Source of the DNA: Escherichia phage vB_EcoM_Shinka
Reading direction: 5' to 3' (one strand)
Sequence record: MZ502379.1
Length of the DNA: 64,000 bases
A program made the position numbers and the translations under genes. This document shows, one piece after another, positions 19,425-29,392 of the stretch. Each line of letters begins with the position of its first letter. Position 1 is the first letter of the stretch. The notes under the pieces were generated by a model that worked only from the letters and a program-made list of their open reading frames with translations, ran no database searches and was not told the origin of the DNA.

Positions 19425-19724
19425 TTATTTTAAAACTTCTGCATAATCACATGTTACAAACTGTTTCTCTAACTTGGCGATTTTACGAAAGTATCTTTTG
19501 CATTGACGAATCTGTCGCTTTGTAGGGCGCACAGCAAACTTAATAAATTCCACTCGACCAAATGGAGGGCTTTCTTCTGCCGGAATATCTAATACTAATT
19601 CCCACGTATCTGCAATAAGTGCTTTGAATTGAGTATTTTTCCTGACATTATACGGAGTAGGTTTAAATAAAACGATATGCATATTATCCTCGGCAATCCA
19701 CTTCACATACCTTCTTGTCATCAA
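19425..19724 (-). CDS. hypothetical protein (99 aa)
   Basis: ORF in the 61-41 interval. Confidence 0.5.
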   Translation of the reverse strand: MMTRRYVKWIAEDNMHIVLFKPTPYNVRKNTQFKALIADTWELVLDIPAEESPPFGRVEFIKFAVRPTKRQIRQCKRYFRKIAKLEKQFVTCDYAEVLK

Positions 19725-19866
19725 TGAAAGCTTTAACTAGTGCTTTATTAACTTCAGCATATTGAGTAGTAGCCCATTGAACGTCATCTTTCATCATTGT
19801 GATCTCTTTAGTAAACATGCTTTCGTTCTTAAACCACCCCATAAAAACTACCTTTACCAATTCCAT
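19684..19866 (-). CDS. hypothetical protein (60 aa)
   Basis: ORF in the 61-41 interval. Confidence 0.4.
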   Translation of the reverse strand: MELVKVVFMGWFKNESMFTKEITMMKDDVQWATTQYAEVNKALVKAFIDDKKVCEVDCRG

Positions 19867-19924
19867 AACAATCTCCTCATTTAACCAACAAGACTACTAT
19901 ACCATAGTCTTGTCAGCTTGTAAA

Positions 19925-21352
19925 CTAAAATTTTAATTCATTTGCCAAAGCATCTAACTGAGCTCGAGCGGATTCGTTTCTTTGATAGCGATTCTGTTCA
20001 GCCTGAATTTGCTGTGAACCTGCTACTTCGTTCACTTCAGTTGGAGTAGAATCTTGTTCAATTTCTACCCATTTCTGATTTCCTTTTTGAACACCCATCA
20101 AAAACTTATTCCATTTATTCTTATCACCGTATCGTGATTTGATTTGCTTAATGAGTTGTTGTTCAGCAGCTGCTAGCTCCTCGGTTTCAATGACCGCAAG
20201 CATAAAATCAGCTGTTGCTGGAAGACCGGCAGATTCTGCAATATCGCTCATGTTAACATCAGAAGAATCCCAAGCTTGTTTACCAACCTGTGCTGCAGTC
20301 CAAAGAACAGTTTCGGTTTCAACAGCAAGAGCACGTAATTCCTCTGCAATGGCTTTAACAGTTGTGTAACTATTTTCTGAGTAAACTCTAATGCGGCAAG
20401 ATTTACAAATACCCAGATAGTCGACAATAATGATTGTTGGAACAAAATTCTTCTTGAGCTTTAATTCGTTTAAAAGCGATCGAAATGTATTAGCATCTGC
20501 TCCACCAGTAGGATACTGTTTAACTATTAAACGACCGAGAGTAGATTTCTCGCGCCATTTTTCCATTTTTCCTTTATACTCAGCGTAAGAAATATGCCCG
20601 TCATCAATGTCATCAAGAGAAACATCAAGCATATTAGCATCAATACGCTTAGCACAGACTTCTTCTGCCATTTCCATGGAAATGTAAAGAACATTATGTC
20701 CGAGCTGCAAATAATCTGCTGCCAATGAACACAGACCTAATGACTTACCGACGTTAACACCAGCCATTAAAACGTTCAGTGTTCCAGTTTCAGCTCCACC
20801 TTTAGTAATTTTATTTAGAATTTTGAGTCTAAATGGAACCTTACGAGCTTTATTCATATAAGATAGCCAACGTGCTTCGTAGTCATCCATCCAATCATGA
20901 CCAACGTAACTATCAAATGAAATTGATAATGCTTGGCGCATGATGTCAGGAATAGCACCTACATCTGGCATTTTCTTATTTCGTTTTTCCGGAGGAAGCT
21001 CAGCATTAGTTTGAATTTCGATTATTTTAGACGTAGCATTAAACATCGCCCTTTGCTGAACATATTTTTCTGTTTCTTTTATTAACCAACTGTGGTCTTC
21101 CGGAGAATCAGCCAGTTTTGAAATAAGTGTTTTTACACCAGAATATTCTGTTTCAGTAAATGAACTATTTTCTAATGCAACATTTAACGCATTAATAGAT
21201 GGAACGCTATGATACTCATTAACATGAGATTTAATTAATTTGAATGTATTTTTAGCTGGACCACTTTCAAAATATTCTGAATCCATATATGGCCAAACTT
21301 TTGAAAAATAAGCTTGATCAAATATGAGATGAGAAAGAATAATTTCTACCAC
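19925..21352 (-). CDS. 41: replicative DNA helicase, DnaB-like (475 aa)
   Basis: Walker A GVNVGKS; 475 aa as T4 gp41. Confidence 0.95.
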   Translation of the reverse strand: MVEIILSHLIFDQAYFSKVWPYMDSEYFESGPAKNTFKLIKSHVNEYHSVPSINALNVALENSSFTETEYSGVKTLISKLADSPEDHSWLIKETEKYVQQRAMFNATSKIIEIQTNAELPPEKRNKKMPDVGAIPDIMRQALSISFDSYVGHDWMDDYEARWLSYMNKARKVPFRLKILNKITKGGAETGTLNVLMAGVNVGKSLGLCSLAADYLQLGHNVLYISMEMAEEVCAKRIDANMLDVSLDDIDDGHISYAEYKGKMEKWREKSTLGRLIVKQYPTGGADANTFRSLLNELKLKKNFVPTIIIVDYLGICKSCRIRVYSENSYTTVKAIAEELRALAVETETVLWTAAQVGKQAWDSSDVNMSDIAESAGLPATADFMLAVIETEELAAAEQQLIKQIKSRYGDKNKWNKFLMGVQKGNQKWVEIEQDSTPTEVNEVAGSQQIQAEQNRYQRNESARAQLDALANELKF

Positions 21353-21361
21353 ACTTACTCC

Positions 21362-21724
21362 TTAAAAGAATTTAAACTTTTTCTTTGACCTTTTATTGAA
21401 TGCATCTTGCAGTTGCATTGTAATACATTTTTCTACATGAGGAGCTAACTCAGCTTTTCTTTCTTGGTCAAGAACAGCAAAGTCCATTACAACCTTTCCA
21501 TCAACCCAATCCAGTTTAGTTACATACACTATATGTGTAGAACCATCTTCTAGTTTAATGACAATCTCCTGGATAACATTTTCCATAGCGGATTTAATTA
21601 TCTTAAGAGACTCATTAAAAAGACGTTCTTTTCTTTCTTCTTCCCCCTCCGAAGAGGGGGATTCATCGATAATTTCTAGATCTAAATCTAAATCATCTTT
21701 ATTCATTAAATTCTTCCATATCAC
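21362..21724 (-). CDS. 40: head vertex assembly chaperone gp40 (120 aa)
   Basis: Position between uvsX and 41; overlaps uvsX as in T4. Confidence 0.8.
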   Translation of the reverse strand: MIWKNLMNKDDLDLDLEIIDESPSSEGEEERKERLFNESLKIIKSAMENVIQEIVIKLEDGSTHIVYVTKLDWVDGKVVMDFAVLDQERKAELAPHVEKCITMQLQDAFNKRSKKKFKFF

Positions 21725-22880
21725 TTAACTGTTCGAGGTCAGTTTCTAAATCAGCAGCTGATTTACTTTTACTTTCTGGAGATTTAAATTTTTCAACCTT
21801 TGAGTTAATCAATTCATCAACTTCAGCTTCAACAATTTCATTACTATCAATAGCACCTAACTGATAAGCACGTTTAATAGCATCTCGGAATGGTTGATGC
21901 TTAAATAAAGGACCCCAGAATGTAGTGCAGTTAGTATCTTTTGCACGCCAAGATTTTTCTTCGCGAATCATCTCGCCGGTTTCTTCATCAAGAAATTCAC
22001 GAGCATACCAACCATTTTTAGGTTTTACCACAAATCCTAATTCTAGAGCCATATCTAACAATCCAGAATAAGGATCGATACCACCGTCAAATTTAACATC
22101 AATAAAGAATTTACTTTTTTCTTTAACGGTACGAGATTTTTCTACATTTAGAACAAATTGATACCCCTGAAGATCAGAACCATCTTTAATCTGACGCTTA
22201 CCGATAATGAATACGGTATCAGCCGAATACATTACGCCTGTACCACCTGTCATCACGGTTTTACTAAACATTTCAATGGTTTCAATTGTATGGTTAACTG
22301 CAACACATGGAATATTTTTAATGCTAAAATAAGGAGTAACAATACGGAATAATGACTTCAGCGATTTAGCACGAGTCATATCTGCCACAGATTTTTCATT
22401 CAAGGCATCTTCCGTTTCTTTCTTGGAAGCCATATTACCAATTGAGTCGATGAATACAATAACCTTTTCACCACGCTCAATAGCTTCAAGCTGGTTCACC
22501 ATATCAATTTTCAGCTGTTCAACTGACTGAATTGGCGTATGAATTACTCGTTCCGGGTCAACTCCCATAGATCGCAAATAAGCTGGAGTAATACCAAATT
22601 CGCTATCATAGAATAGACAAACCGCGTCAGGATATTTGTTCAAATATGCCGCAACCATAGTCAAAGACATATTTGATTTAAAGTGTTTAGAAGGTCCTGC
22701 GAAAATAGTTAAACCAGACTGCATTCCACCATCAATCGCACCAGAAATAGCGATATTAAGCATTGGAATTTTTGTACGAATTACATCCTTTTCATTAAAG
22801 AATTTAGATGTAGTCAGTTCAGCAGTCATTTTAGAAGTGGAAGCTTTAATCAAACGGGATTTTAAATCTGCAATAGACAT
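21699..22880 (-). CDS. uvsX: UvsX recombinase, RecA-like (393 aa)
   Basis: RecA-fold core with GPSKHFKS Walker A; near-identical to T4 UvsX over most of its length. Confidence 0.95.
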   Translation of the reverse strand: MSIADLKSRLIKASTSKMTAELTTSKFFNEKDVIRTKIPMLNIAISGAIDGGMQSGLTIFAGPSKHFKSNMSLTMVAAYLNKYPDAVCLFYDSEFGITPAYLRSMGVDPERVIHTPIQSVEQLKIDMVNQLEAIERGEKVIVFIDSIGNMASKKETEDALNEKSVADMTRAKSLKSLFRIVTPYFSIKNIPCVAVNHTIETIEMFSKTVMTGGTGVMYSADTVFIIGKRQIKDGSDLQGYQFVLNVEKSRTVKEKSKFFIDVKFDGGIDPYSGLLDMALELGFVVKPKNGWYAREFLDEETGEMIREEKSWRAKDTNCTTFWGPLFKHQPFRDAIKRAYQLGAIDSNEIVEAEVDELINSKVEKFKSPESKSKSAADLETDLEQLSDMEEFNE

Positions 22881-22957
22881 TCATTTTTTCCATAGGCATC
22901 ATTATATTTTCCTCACTGGTTAAAGATAGAGTAATTATAACACAATAAATTTAGGCA

Positions 22958-23800
22958 TTAATCAACTGCTATTGGATGAATAGCATTAAACTTATGAAAT
23001 GCTTCTGATTTTTCTTTACGAGAAACACACATGCGAAGAACCTTTAATGGCTCGTCTTCTTCACCCAACGATTTTCGTTTTTCAATATTAGAAGTTTTCC
23101 AACGAGCTTGCTCTGGAAACTCTCTATTGATTTGCTCAAGCGCTCTATTATGTTTAGAATTACTGCGAATTGAACTACATCCGCCAGGAGCTTGTGCTTT
23201 TCCAGATACAACCAGATATTTGAACAAGGCCAAATGCGGATAACCTTGATTAATTAAATTGAGAAATGCATACATATCTTCACACAAATCAATTTTTCCA
23301 TACCCAATTTGTTCTGTCGTAAGTTTTCCGAGGTCATACCATGTATTCGTGAATCCATATGAATTTTCACGATAATTACCCCAAGATGAAGTAATTTTAA
23401 AAATAGGTAGACGAGCATGGCCATGATAATACCCACAATCCATGGCATCCTCAACATATTGAATCAATTCATAGAACTGTTCACGAGTCAATTGATTGAC
23501 TTTATCCACACAACGACGATCATCTCTTTTTCGCATTGAACTCATACGAATAGTAGTATCATCGTCAATCATCCAGATTCGTTGACCTGCATACATATCA
23601 GTAATTGCTTTACGAGTACCAGCAATTCCGTTTACATCATCAGGAATAGTTATAATTTTAGCTCTAGACCCATAAGCATCATAATAAGCTTTTTCTTCAT
23701 GTTCACGCACTACAATATGTGGTTCATAATCAGTCGGAAACATATTAAGGGCAGAAACTGCCCCTACACGCTGATAACTTGGAATTACGAATTGAATCAT
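22958..23800 (-). CDS. GT-A fold glycosyltransferase, probably the T2/T6-type beta-glucosyl-HMC alpha-glucosyltransferase (280 aa)
   Basis: N-terminal VIPSYQR and DDD (DxD) motifs; occupies the locus where T4 encodes beta-gt but is unrelated in sequence. Confidence 0.6.
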   Translation of the reverse strand: MIQFVIPSYQRVGAVSALNMFPTDYEPHIVVREHEEKAYYDAYGSRAKIITIPDDVNGIAGTRKAITDMYAGQRIWMIDDDTTIRMSSMRKRDDRRCVDKVNQLTREQFYELIQYVEDAMDCGYYHGHARLPIFKITSSWGNYRENSYGFTNTWYDLGKLTTEQIGYGKIDLCEDMYAFLNLINQGYPHLALFKYLVVSGKAQAPGGCSSIRSNSKHNRALEQINREFPEQARWKTSNIEKRKSLGEEDEPLKVLRMCVSRKEKSEAFHKFNAIHPIAVD

Positions 23801-23818
23801 TTAAGTGCCTTACATTTG

Positions 23819-24439
23819 TCAAAATGGTATCTTGTCATATTTGGCCCACGTCCTTTTAGTCCGCAATGCGGACATATTTTTTTCTATCAAATTATGAGGT
23901 TTTCCTTTACGATTTTTAGACATCGTTTCTTTAATTATTTTAGCTTTTTCTGCGCCAAAAATTTCTTCATAAGTTTTACCAGAATTTTCCTTTGCTCGAT
24001 TTATAATTCCATATGCCTGTTCATTTTTACCATACATTGGATTACCTTCGCCTTTCATTCTTTTAGAATGATCAGGACGCTTGATTCCACGAAAGGCATT
24101 TCCGCACTTATATCTTTCTTCTGGAGATAATTTTTTACCGTACATTCCATTTAATTTGCCTGGAAAACTTCCTCCCCATGCTTCATTCTTTAAATTATAT
24201 GAATCCGGACAATTAGCAGCATCTAAACAGGTTAAAATAATTTCTTCAACCTGTCTAAACATTGGTCCTTCATATAATATTTCTTTATTAAAGGATTTTA
24301 TTCCATATTTCTTTTTAGCATGTTGCCAAACTACACCCGAACCATCATAATTCGGGTTGTGACCATCATGACTTCCTATATACCACTTTTTAGTTTTAGG
24401 ATGTTTATACTTATAAACATGTGGCACATTTACTTCCAT
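23819..24439 (-). CDS. GIY-YIG homing endonuclease, Seg-like (206 aa)
   Basis: N-terminal VYKYKHPKTKKWYIGS GIY-YIG module; NUMOD3-like repeats (GMYGKKLSPEE, GEGNPMYGK); overlaps the gene 42 3' end. Confidence 0.7.
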   Translation of the reverse strand: MEVNVPHVYKYKHPKTKKWYIGSHDGHNPNYDGSGVVWQHAKKKYGIKSFNKEILYEGPMFRQVEEIILTCLDAANCPDSYNLKNEAWGGSFPGKLNGMYGKKLSPEERYKCGNAFRGIKRPDHSKRMKGEGNPMYGKNEQAYGIINRAKENSGKTYEEIFGAEKAKIIKETMSKNRKGKPHNLIEKNMSALRTKRTWAKYDKIPF

Positions 24440-25170
24440 TTTCCAGTATAATCCTTTTTAGCAATATGAGTTTCACCGGTGTTCCACCAATGGTCAACTA
24501 AATAAAACTGATTTTCGTACACATGAAGACTTCCAACGTTCCATATAATAGAACCCGCTTTATATTGCCGCGATGGGTCGCCTGCATTCAAATCAGATAC
24601 TAATTTATCTAGTACGTATTTTTGCCATGCATAATCATTACGATAGCCTGCCCAGCAGTCATTGCTTCTCATGTTAACAACTGCATTGACTTTCTTATCA
24701 CGAATCAGGTACTGTACTGTATTAGTACACATGAAATCTGACATGCCATCTTTATTGTAGTCAAACTGCATAGATGGACGAGTATAAATCATGATACCAC
24801 GCCGAGAATCAGGATTTTGACCAAGTTCAGCTAAACACATGTCATATTGAGCATAGTTATCTTCTGACCAGATAGCCCAACCATAATTCGAGTTAATTTC
24901 ACCTTTAGAAGATGCTACTTGTTGCCAAATCTTCGGTGTTTCACCCGGAATATCTTTAACGAACAAGCTCTTAGATTTATACCATTCAAGTTCACGCTGA
25001 ATGTATTCATCATTAAGAGCGCCAAAAATAAACGGTTCATCTGCTACAAATGATGCGCCAATAATTTCAATAGTTTTAACACCAGTTTTATCAACTACGA
25101 AATCTTTTTCTTTTAATGCAAGCCCCAAATGAAGACGGATTTCTTCAACTGTCATAGAGTCACTAATCAT
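24430..25170 (-). CDS. 42: dCMP hydroxymethylase (246 aa)
   Basis: Thymidylate-synthase-like fold; 246 aa as T4 gp42. Confidence 0.93.
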   Translation of the reverse strand: MISDSMTVEEIRLHLGLALKEKDFVVDKTGVKTIEIIGASFVADEPFIFGALNDEYIQRELEWYKSKSLFVKDIPGETPKIWQQVASSKGEINSNYGWAIWSEDNYAQYDMCLAELGQNPDSRRGIMIYTRPSMQFDYNKDGMSDFMCTNTVQYLIRDKKVNAVVNMRSNDCWAGYRNDYAWQKYVLDKLVSDLNAGDPSRQYKAGSIIWNVGSLHVYENQFYLVDHWWNTGETHIAKKDYTGKWK

Positions 25171-25323
25171 TTAAACCTCAATTGATACATTCATATTTAA
25201 CTTGTAACAGTAATAAACTCCAACCTAAAATAATAGTTGGAATCATAAGAGGAACCGTTACACTATAGTATATACTTATTATAATCATCAAGATTAAAAG
25301 CAACACTGCTATAATTTTGCTTT

Positions 25324-25575
25324 TCATTCCTTCTCTCTGATGATAATTACCTGATTTGGTTGTGCAGACTTTTTAGTTTCACCCGCAATTGACCAAATAA
25401 ATGTAATAAACCAACCAATAATTGACCAGTTAAACAGTAAAGATGCGAAAAAGATTCCTACTGTCGATTTTGACCCACGCATCAAAGCAATAAACCATGG
25501 AAGCATGTATATAATAATAGCCAACACGCCTGAAACTAAAACCATAAAAATTGAACCTGCTACTAAAGTTTCCAT
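25324..25575 (-). CDS. imm: immunity (superinfection exclusion) membrane protein Imm (83 aa)
   Basis: Two hydrophobic segments; 83 aa; position downstream of 43. Confidence 0.8.
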   Translation of the reverse strand: METLVAGSIFMVLVSGVLAIIIYMLPWFIALMRGSKSTVGIFFASLLFNWSIIGWFITFIWSIAGETKKSAQPNQVIIIREKE

Positions 25576-25582
25576 GTTTTCC

Positions 25583-25963
25583 TCACTTAGTCAAATTTTT
25601 TACGCATGAATTATAAGAATTCACTACATACTCCATCGGAGCATTTTTACCAGTACGCCATTGGTAATTATTAGCCCAATTAGCCCAAATTTCGGCGCAG
25701 TAGTTTTCAATTTTTTCTTCGTGTGTAATTACATCAGAATTACGATATGCTTGAGCAGATTCATCTGGACGAATAGCTTCGTCAAAATTCGCCTGCATTT
25801 GTTCGACTGTTTGCTTTGGAGCTTCTTTATAACACTTGACATTAGGATTATAAAATTTGCTTGAACAGTTTACAATTTTTCCTACATCAGACTGATTTAC
25901 TACCGGTCCTTGAGCTACACAACCAGTAAGACCTAATGCAATAACCAAAATAGCGATTTTCAT
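25583..25963 (-). CDS. lipoprotein-like protein (126 aa)
   Basis: Signal peptide plus lipobox LTGC. Confidence 0.55.
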   Translation of the reverse strand: MKIAILVIALGLTGCVAQGPVVNQSDVGKIVNCSSKFYNPNVKCYKEAPKQTVEQMQANFDEAIRPDESAQAYRNSDVITHEEKIENYCAEIWANWANNYQWRTGKNAPMEYVVNSYNSCVKNLTK

Positions 25964-26016
25964 AATAATTTCCTCAAATGCAAGTAGTAATTACTCCAGT
26001 AGTGCTTATGCAGGTA

Positions 26017-26211
26017 TTACCCCATTTGCACACCTAAAGATCCATTTGTATTCACATGAAGATTATCATCAATTTTAACTGATATTTTACCATTAGTGTG
26101 AATAACGGTGCTAGATTCAATCACAGGTTGAGTATCATTTTCAACACTAACAAATGGAACTGCTGCTAATGCAACTAAACAAACTGCTAAGCATCCCATA
26201 ACAATTTTCAT
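26017..26211 (-). CDS. small secreted/membrane protein (start corrected to MKIVMG)
   Basis: Signal-peptide-like N-terminus; the track start appears to be a non-ATG codon. Confidence 0.45.
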   Translation of the reverse strand: MKIVMGCLAVCLVALAAVPFVSVENDTQPVIESSTVIHTNGKISVKIDDNLHVNTNGSLGVQMG

Positions 26212-26248
26212 TTCATTCTCCAAATCCGTATCAGTAGTTGATAGTTGT

Positions 26249-26278
26249 ATAGTACCATGGAAGAACAGTCTTGTAAAC
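26249..26278 (-). promoter_or_regulatory. T4-type early promoter with conserved leader (copy of 52081-52110)
   Basis: Minus strand GTTTAC-aagactgttcttccatgg-TACTAT followed by ACAACTATCAACTAC leader. Confidence 0.6.
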
Positions 26279-26364
26279 AGTTTTGTGAAAATTTTTTAGG
26301 GAATTCTAAATGTCCAGAATCATCTGTTTTTCATAAGTATAGATTTATATTACTTGTATGAAAA

Positions 26365-26382
26365 AGGGACCCGGAGGTCCCT
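26365..26382 (-). terminator. hairpin terminator downstream of gene 43
   Basis: gggacc-cgga-ggtccc with A-run on plus strand (U-tract on mRNA). Confidence 0.65.
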
Positions 26383-26394
26383 AGATTTATTCTA

Positions 26395-29091
26395 TCAGCC
26401 AAACAGGAAGTCTAACGAAGCTTTTTCTTCATAGTCCATACCAGCCGATTCACACATGCCCGCAAGCGGTTTAACAAACGATTTTTGGAACAAAGTTGAG
26501 TAGTCAATCCAAGACAGTACGTCAGAACGAATTTCTTTTGGAAGTTCTGTACCCGACGGCCAAGCAATGCATTTGTCACCAAATGGATTTCCTTCACGCA
26601 ATGGAAGAACCATTACTTTATTTCCATCCAAAATTGGAGCTACACCTAAACCGCTAACAGCTCGACGATAAGTTAGCACACCGCGAATATGGAACGGGCA
26701 TTTAAATCCTGGCCAACCTTTATCATCATATTTCGCTATATCGTTCGCAGTTTTTACTTCAGCAATAACTTTATAGTCAAGTTGACGATATTCTTTCTCG
26801 AAGTTCTTGTAGTATTCTTGGACAGACTCTTCACCTTCTTGAAGAATACGACGAATACTTTCTTCGAGAGCTTCTTGGACCGCTTTAGGCGTTGAACTCT
26901 GCTGAGTTTCCATACCCATGATTTTTAGATGCGGTTCAGCAAATCGTTTATCTTCCATATCATAAACGTTCAGAGCATAACGCTTTTTCGCTTTCCAAAA
27001 TCCACCAATACCCTTTGAACCAAGTGGAGGGCAAGAAATAGCTTCACGGTCCATATGCATCAGATGCTCGCGGTTATTCATATAATCACATAACTCACGA
27101 TATGCAACATCAATCATAGGTTCCATCTTTTTCTTACCGAACTGATTCATAAATTCAACCAAATCGTTCTGCTCTTTGAATCGGTCAAGACCAACTTTTT
27201 CAATAACTTTATCTACACAAACATATACCGAATCAGTATCACCTGCTGCGATGAAATCTTCGCCATTAGTTCCACATACTTTATTCAGATACTCATTAAT
27301 TTTACGAGCAATCCACTGAATACCAACTTGGCCGAAAATTGTGATAGCAGTAGCATTTCGCAAATCATAGTAACGGAAATGAATATTACCAAGAGCACCA
27401 TAAAGACTGTTAATAAGAATTTTACGGTTCAGCTGATTTGTATTAGCAAGTGTAGCAGCTTTTTCACATTCCTCAATCAGACTATTGAGAACAGATTCAG
27501 TATAATTCGACAGTTCATTTAAGAAATCATCACTGAACTTAACATATCGTTCAACTTCTGGTTTAGTTGAACAAGACCCTGCGCCTTTCATAATAATCTT
27601 TTTAATAGCTTCGGCATTCATTTCTTCAGCGAACATTTTCTTTTTCCAGTCTTTACGCTGGAAAAATACTTTAGCGATTTCCTTTGGAATGATACCTTCT
27701 TGATGCTTATCATACATCCATCCATTCGGAGAACAAGAATATTCATCACTCGGTTTAGGAGCTGTTCCTGCAATATATTCATGAATTGGATGAACTTTAA
27801 ACTGACCACGAATAGTCTCAGGACTAATGTTAACCTGACGAATAATGCTCGGATACAGAGACGTCAAGTCAAAACTCATAATATATCGACGAGCAATTGG
27901 TTTAGGTTCAAATACGAATGCACCCGGAAAACTCTGTTTAACGTGCGAACCCTGTTGAGGAATAACCTTATGTTCACCTTTCAATGAGTTAAAAATAATA
28001 GCATCCCAAGTTTTAATAGGACTCATTACACCAGAAAAAGGCATTTTAGCATAATAAGACATACTTAAAACTAGATCGATAAACCCGCGAATTTTATCAA
28101 TTGCTTGAACTGATTCTACGTCAATGATGTTATAACTAATGTATCGTTGATGATTAGTCTCACGAAGTTTATTAATAGGACCATCATACGGTAATTTACC
28201 TTTTTTGGTTTCATGTTGAGCAACTGATTCCAAAGAGAATGACGGCAAATTAGTAAAAGCGAATTTCTTGTACAAATCTAAATAATCAAGAATAGATACG
28301 CCATCAATAGAATAAATTTCTTTGCTACCGTACATATTTTGAATTAGTTTAGATTTTACTCGACCGATTGGAGAGAAGCGTTTCATACTACGTTCACCGA
28401 GAACCATTTTAACACGATTCATGATATACGGAACGTCAAATCCCTCAATATTCCAACCAGTAAAAATAGCAGGTCGTTTCTGTTCCCAGAGATTGATATA
28501 TTCCATGAGCATATCACGCTCATTATCGAATGGCATATAAATTACTCGGTCAAGAATTTCTTGAGGAACTTCATCACCACCTTCACAGTCAAGCTTAGCA
28601 GCTAACTTTGCATCCCATTTTGATACTGAACCGTACATTGAATTCAAAAGGTCGAAAACATAAAAACGATCATCAATTGAATCATAATGAGTGATAGCAT
28701 CAATTTCATATTCAGCTTTCATTGGATCAGGAAATTTATCACCAGTAACCTCAATGTCACAGTTAGCTACACGAACAAATTTTCGGTCATAAACAATTTC
28801 TGAACCATACGTATCACTGATATAAGCGAGTTTAAAATCGTTCATACCAAGAGCTTCGAGACCGATGTCTTCCATTCGCTTCATCCAATCTCGAGCATCT
28901 TTCATTGATGGAAATTTTTGAGGAGCGCAATTTTTACCATAGATGTCTTTGTACTTTGACTCTTCCTTACAATGTCTAAACATAGTTGGAAGATATTCTA
29001 CTTCGCGAGTACGTTCCTTTCCATTTTCATCAATATAACGTTCAACAATGTTATTTCCGACTGTTTCGATAGAGATATAAAATTCTTTCAT
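26395..29091 (-). CDS. 43: DNA polymerase, family B (898 aa)
   Basis: 898 aa; exonuclease and polymerase motifs (DTDS, YGDTDS-like); matches T4 gp43. Confidence 0.97.
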   Translation of the reverse strand: MKEFYISIETVGNNIVERYIDENGKERTREVEYLPTMFRHCKEESKYKDIYGKNCAPQKFPSMKDARDWMKRMEDIGLEALGMNDFKLAYISDTYGSEIVYDRKFVRVANCDIEVTGDKFPDPMKAEYEIDAITHYDSIDDRFYVFDLLNSMYGSVSKWDAKLAAKLDCEGGDEVPQEILDRVIYMPFDNERDMLMEYINLWEQKRPAIFTGWNIEGFDVPYIMNRVKMVLGERSMKRFSPIGRVKSKLIQNMYGSKEIYSIDGVSILDYLDLYKKFAFTNLPSFSLESVAQHETKKGKLPYDGPINKLRETNHQRYISYNIIDVESVQAIDKIRGFIDLVLSMSYYAKMPFSGVMSPIKTWDAIIFNSLKGEHKVIPQQGSHVKQSFPGAFVFEPKPIARRYIMSFDLTSLYPSIIRQVNISPETIRGQFKVHPIHEYIAGTAPKPSDEYSCSPNGWMYDKHQEGIIPKEIAKVFFQRKDWKKKMFAEEMNAEAIKKIIMKGAGSCSTKPEVERYVKFSDDFLNELSNYTESVLNSLIEECEKAATLANTNQLNRKILINSLYGALGNIHFRYYDLRNATAITIFGQVGIQWIARKINEYLNKVCGTNGEDFIAAGDTDSVYVCVDKVIEKVGLDRFKEQNDLVEFMNQFGKKKMEPMIDVAYRELCDYMNNREHLMHMDREAISCPPLGSKGIGGFWKAKKRYALNVYDMEDKRFAEPHLKIMGMETQQSSTPKAVQEALEESIRRILQEGEESVQEYYKNFEKEYRQLDYKVIAEVKTANDIAKYDDKGWPGFKCPFHIRGVLTYRRAVSGLGVAPILDGNKVMVLPLREGNPFGDKCIAWPSGTELPKEIRSDVLSWIDYSTLFQKSFVKPLAGMCESAGMDYEEKASLDFLFG

Positions 29092-29135
29092 AGATATTCC
29101 TTAGTTTATAGCCCGAGTTATTAGGCTCTTGATAT
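29092..29135 (-). promoter_or_regulatory. gene 43 translational operator (hairpin plus SD)
   Basis: mRNA reads GAGCCUAAUAACUCGGGCUAUAAACUAAGGAAUAUCUAUG, matching the gp43 autoregulatory operator as I recall it. Confidence 0.55.
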
Positions 29136-29149
29136 ATTATACTCCAAAT

Positions 29150-29167
29150 AAGGGGCCGAAGCCCCTT
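29150..29167 (-). terminator. hairpin with UUCG tetraloop
   Basis: aaggggc-cgaa-gcccctt. Confidence 0.55.
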
Positions 29168-29169
29168 GC

Positions 29170-29391
29170 TTAAATTAGTACTATTTGTCGGGTGAAAATT
29201 GTCAATCCATCTGCATTAATTGACTTAACGACTGCAGTAAAGTGTTTTTGTTCTGGGTGAACTAATTTTTGAAATTCTACCTGAAATTTTAGTTGAAGGT
29301 TTTCTGGTAAATCGAAAAGTGTTTCTGTTGCAGAAAGATTATATTTTTCTTTAAGAGACGCCATGTATTCTTGCGGAGTTATAGCAGTCAT
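29170..29391 (-). CDS. small hypothetical protein between regA and 43 (about 73 aa from MTAITPQEY)
   Basis: ORF whose likely ATG abuts the regA stop; the track N-terminus overlaps regA. Confidence 0.4.
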   Translation of the reverse strand: MTAITPQEYMASLKEKYNLSATETLFDLPENLQLKFQVEFQKLVHPEQKHFTAVVKSINADGLTIFTRQIVLI

Positions 29392-29392
29392 A

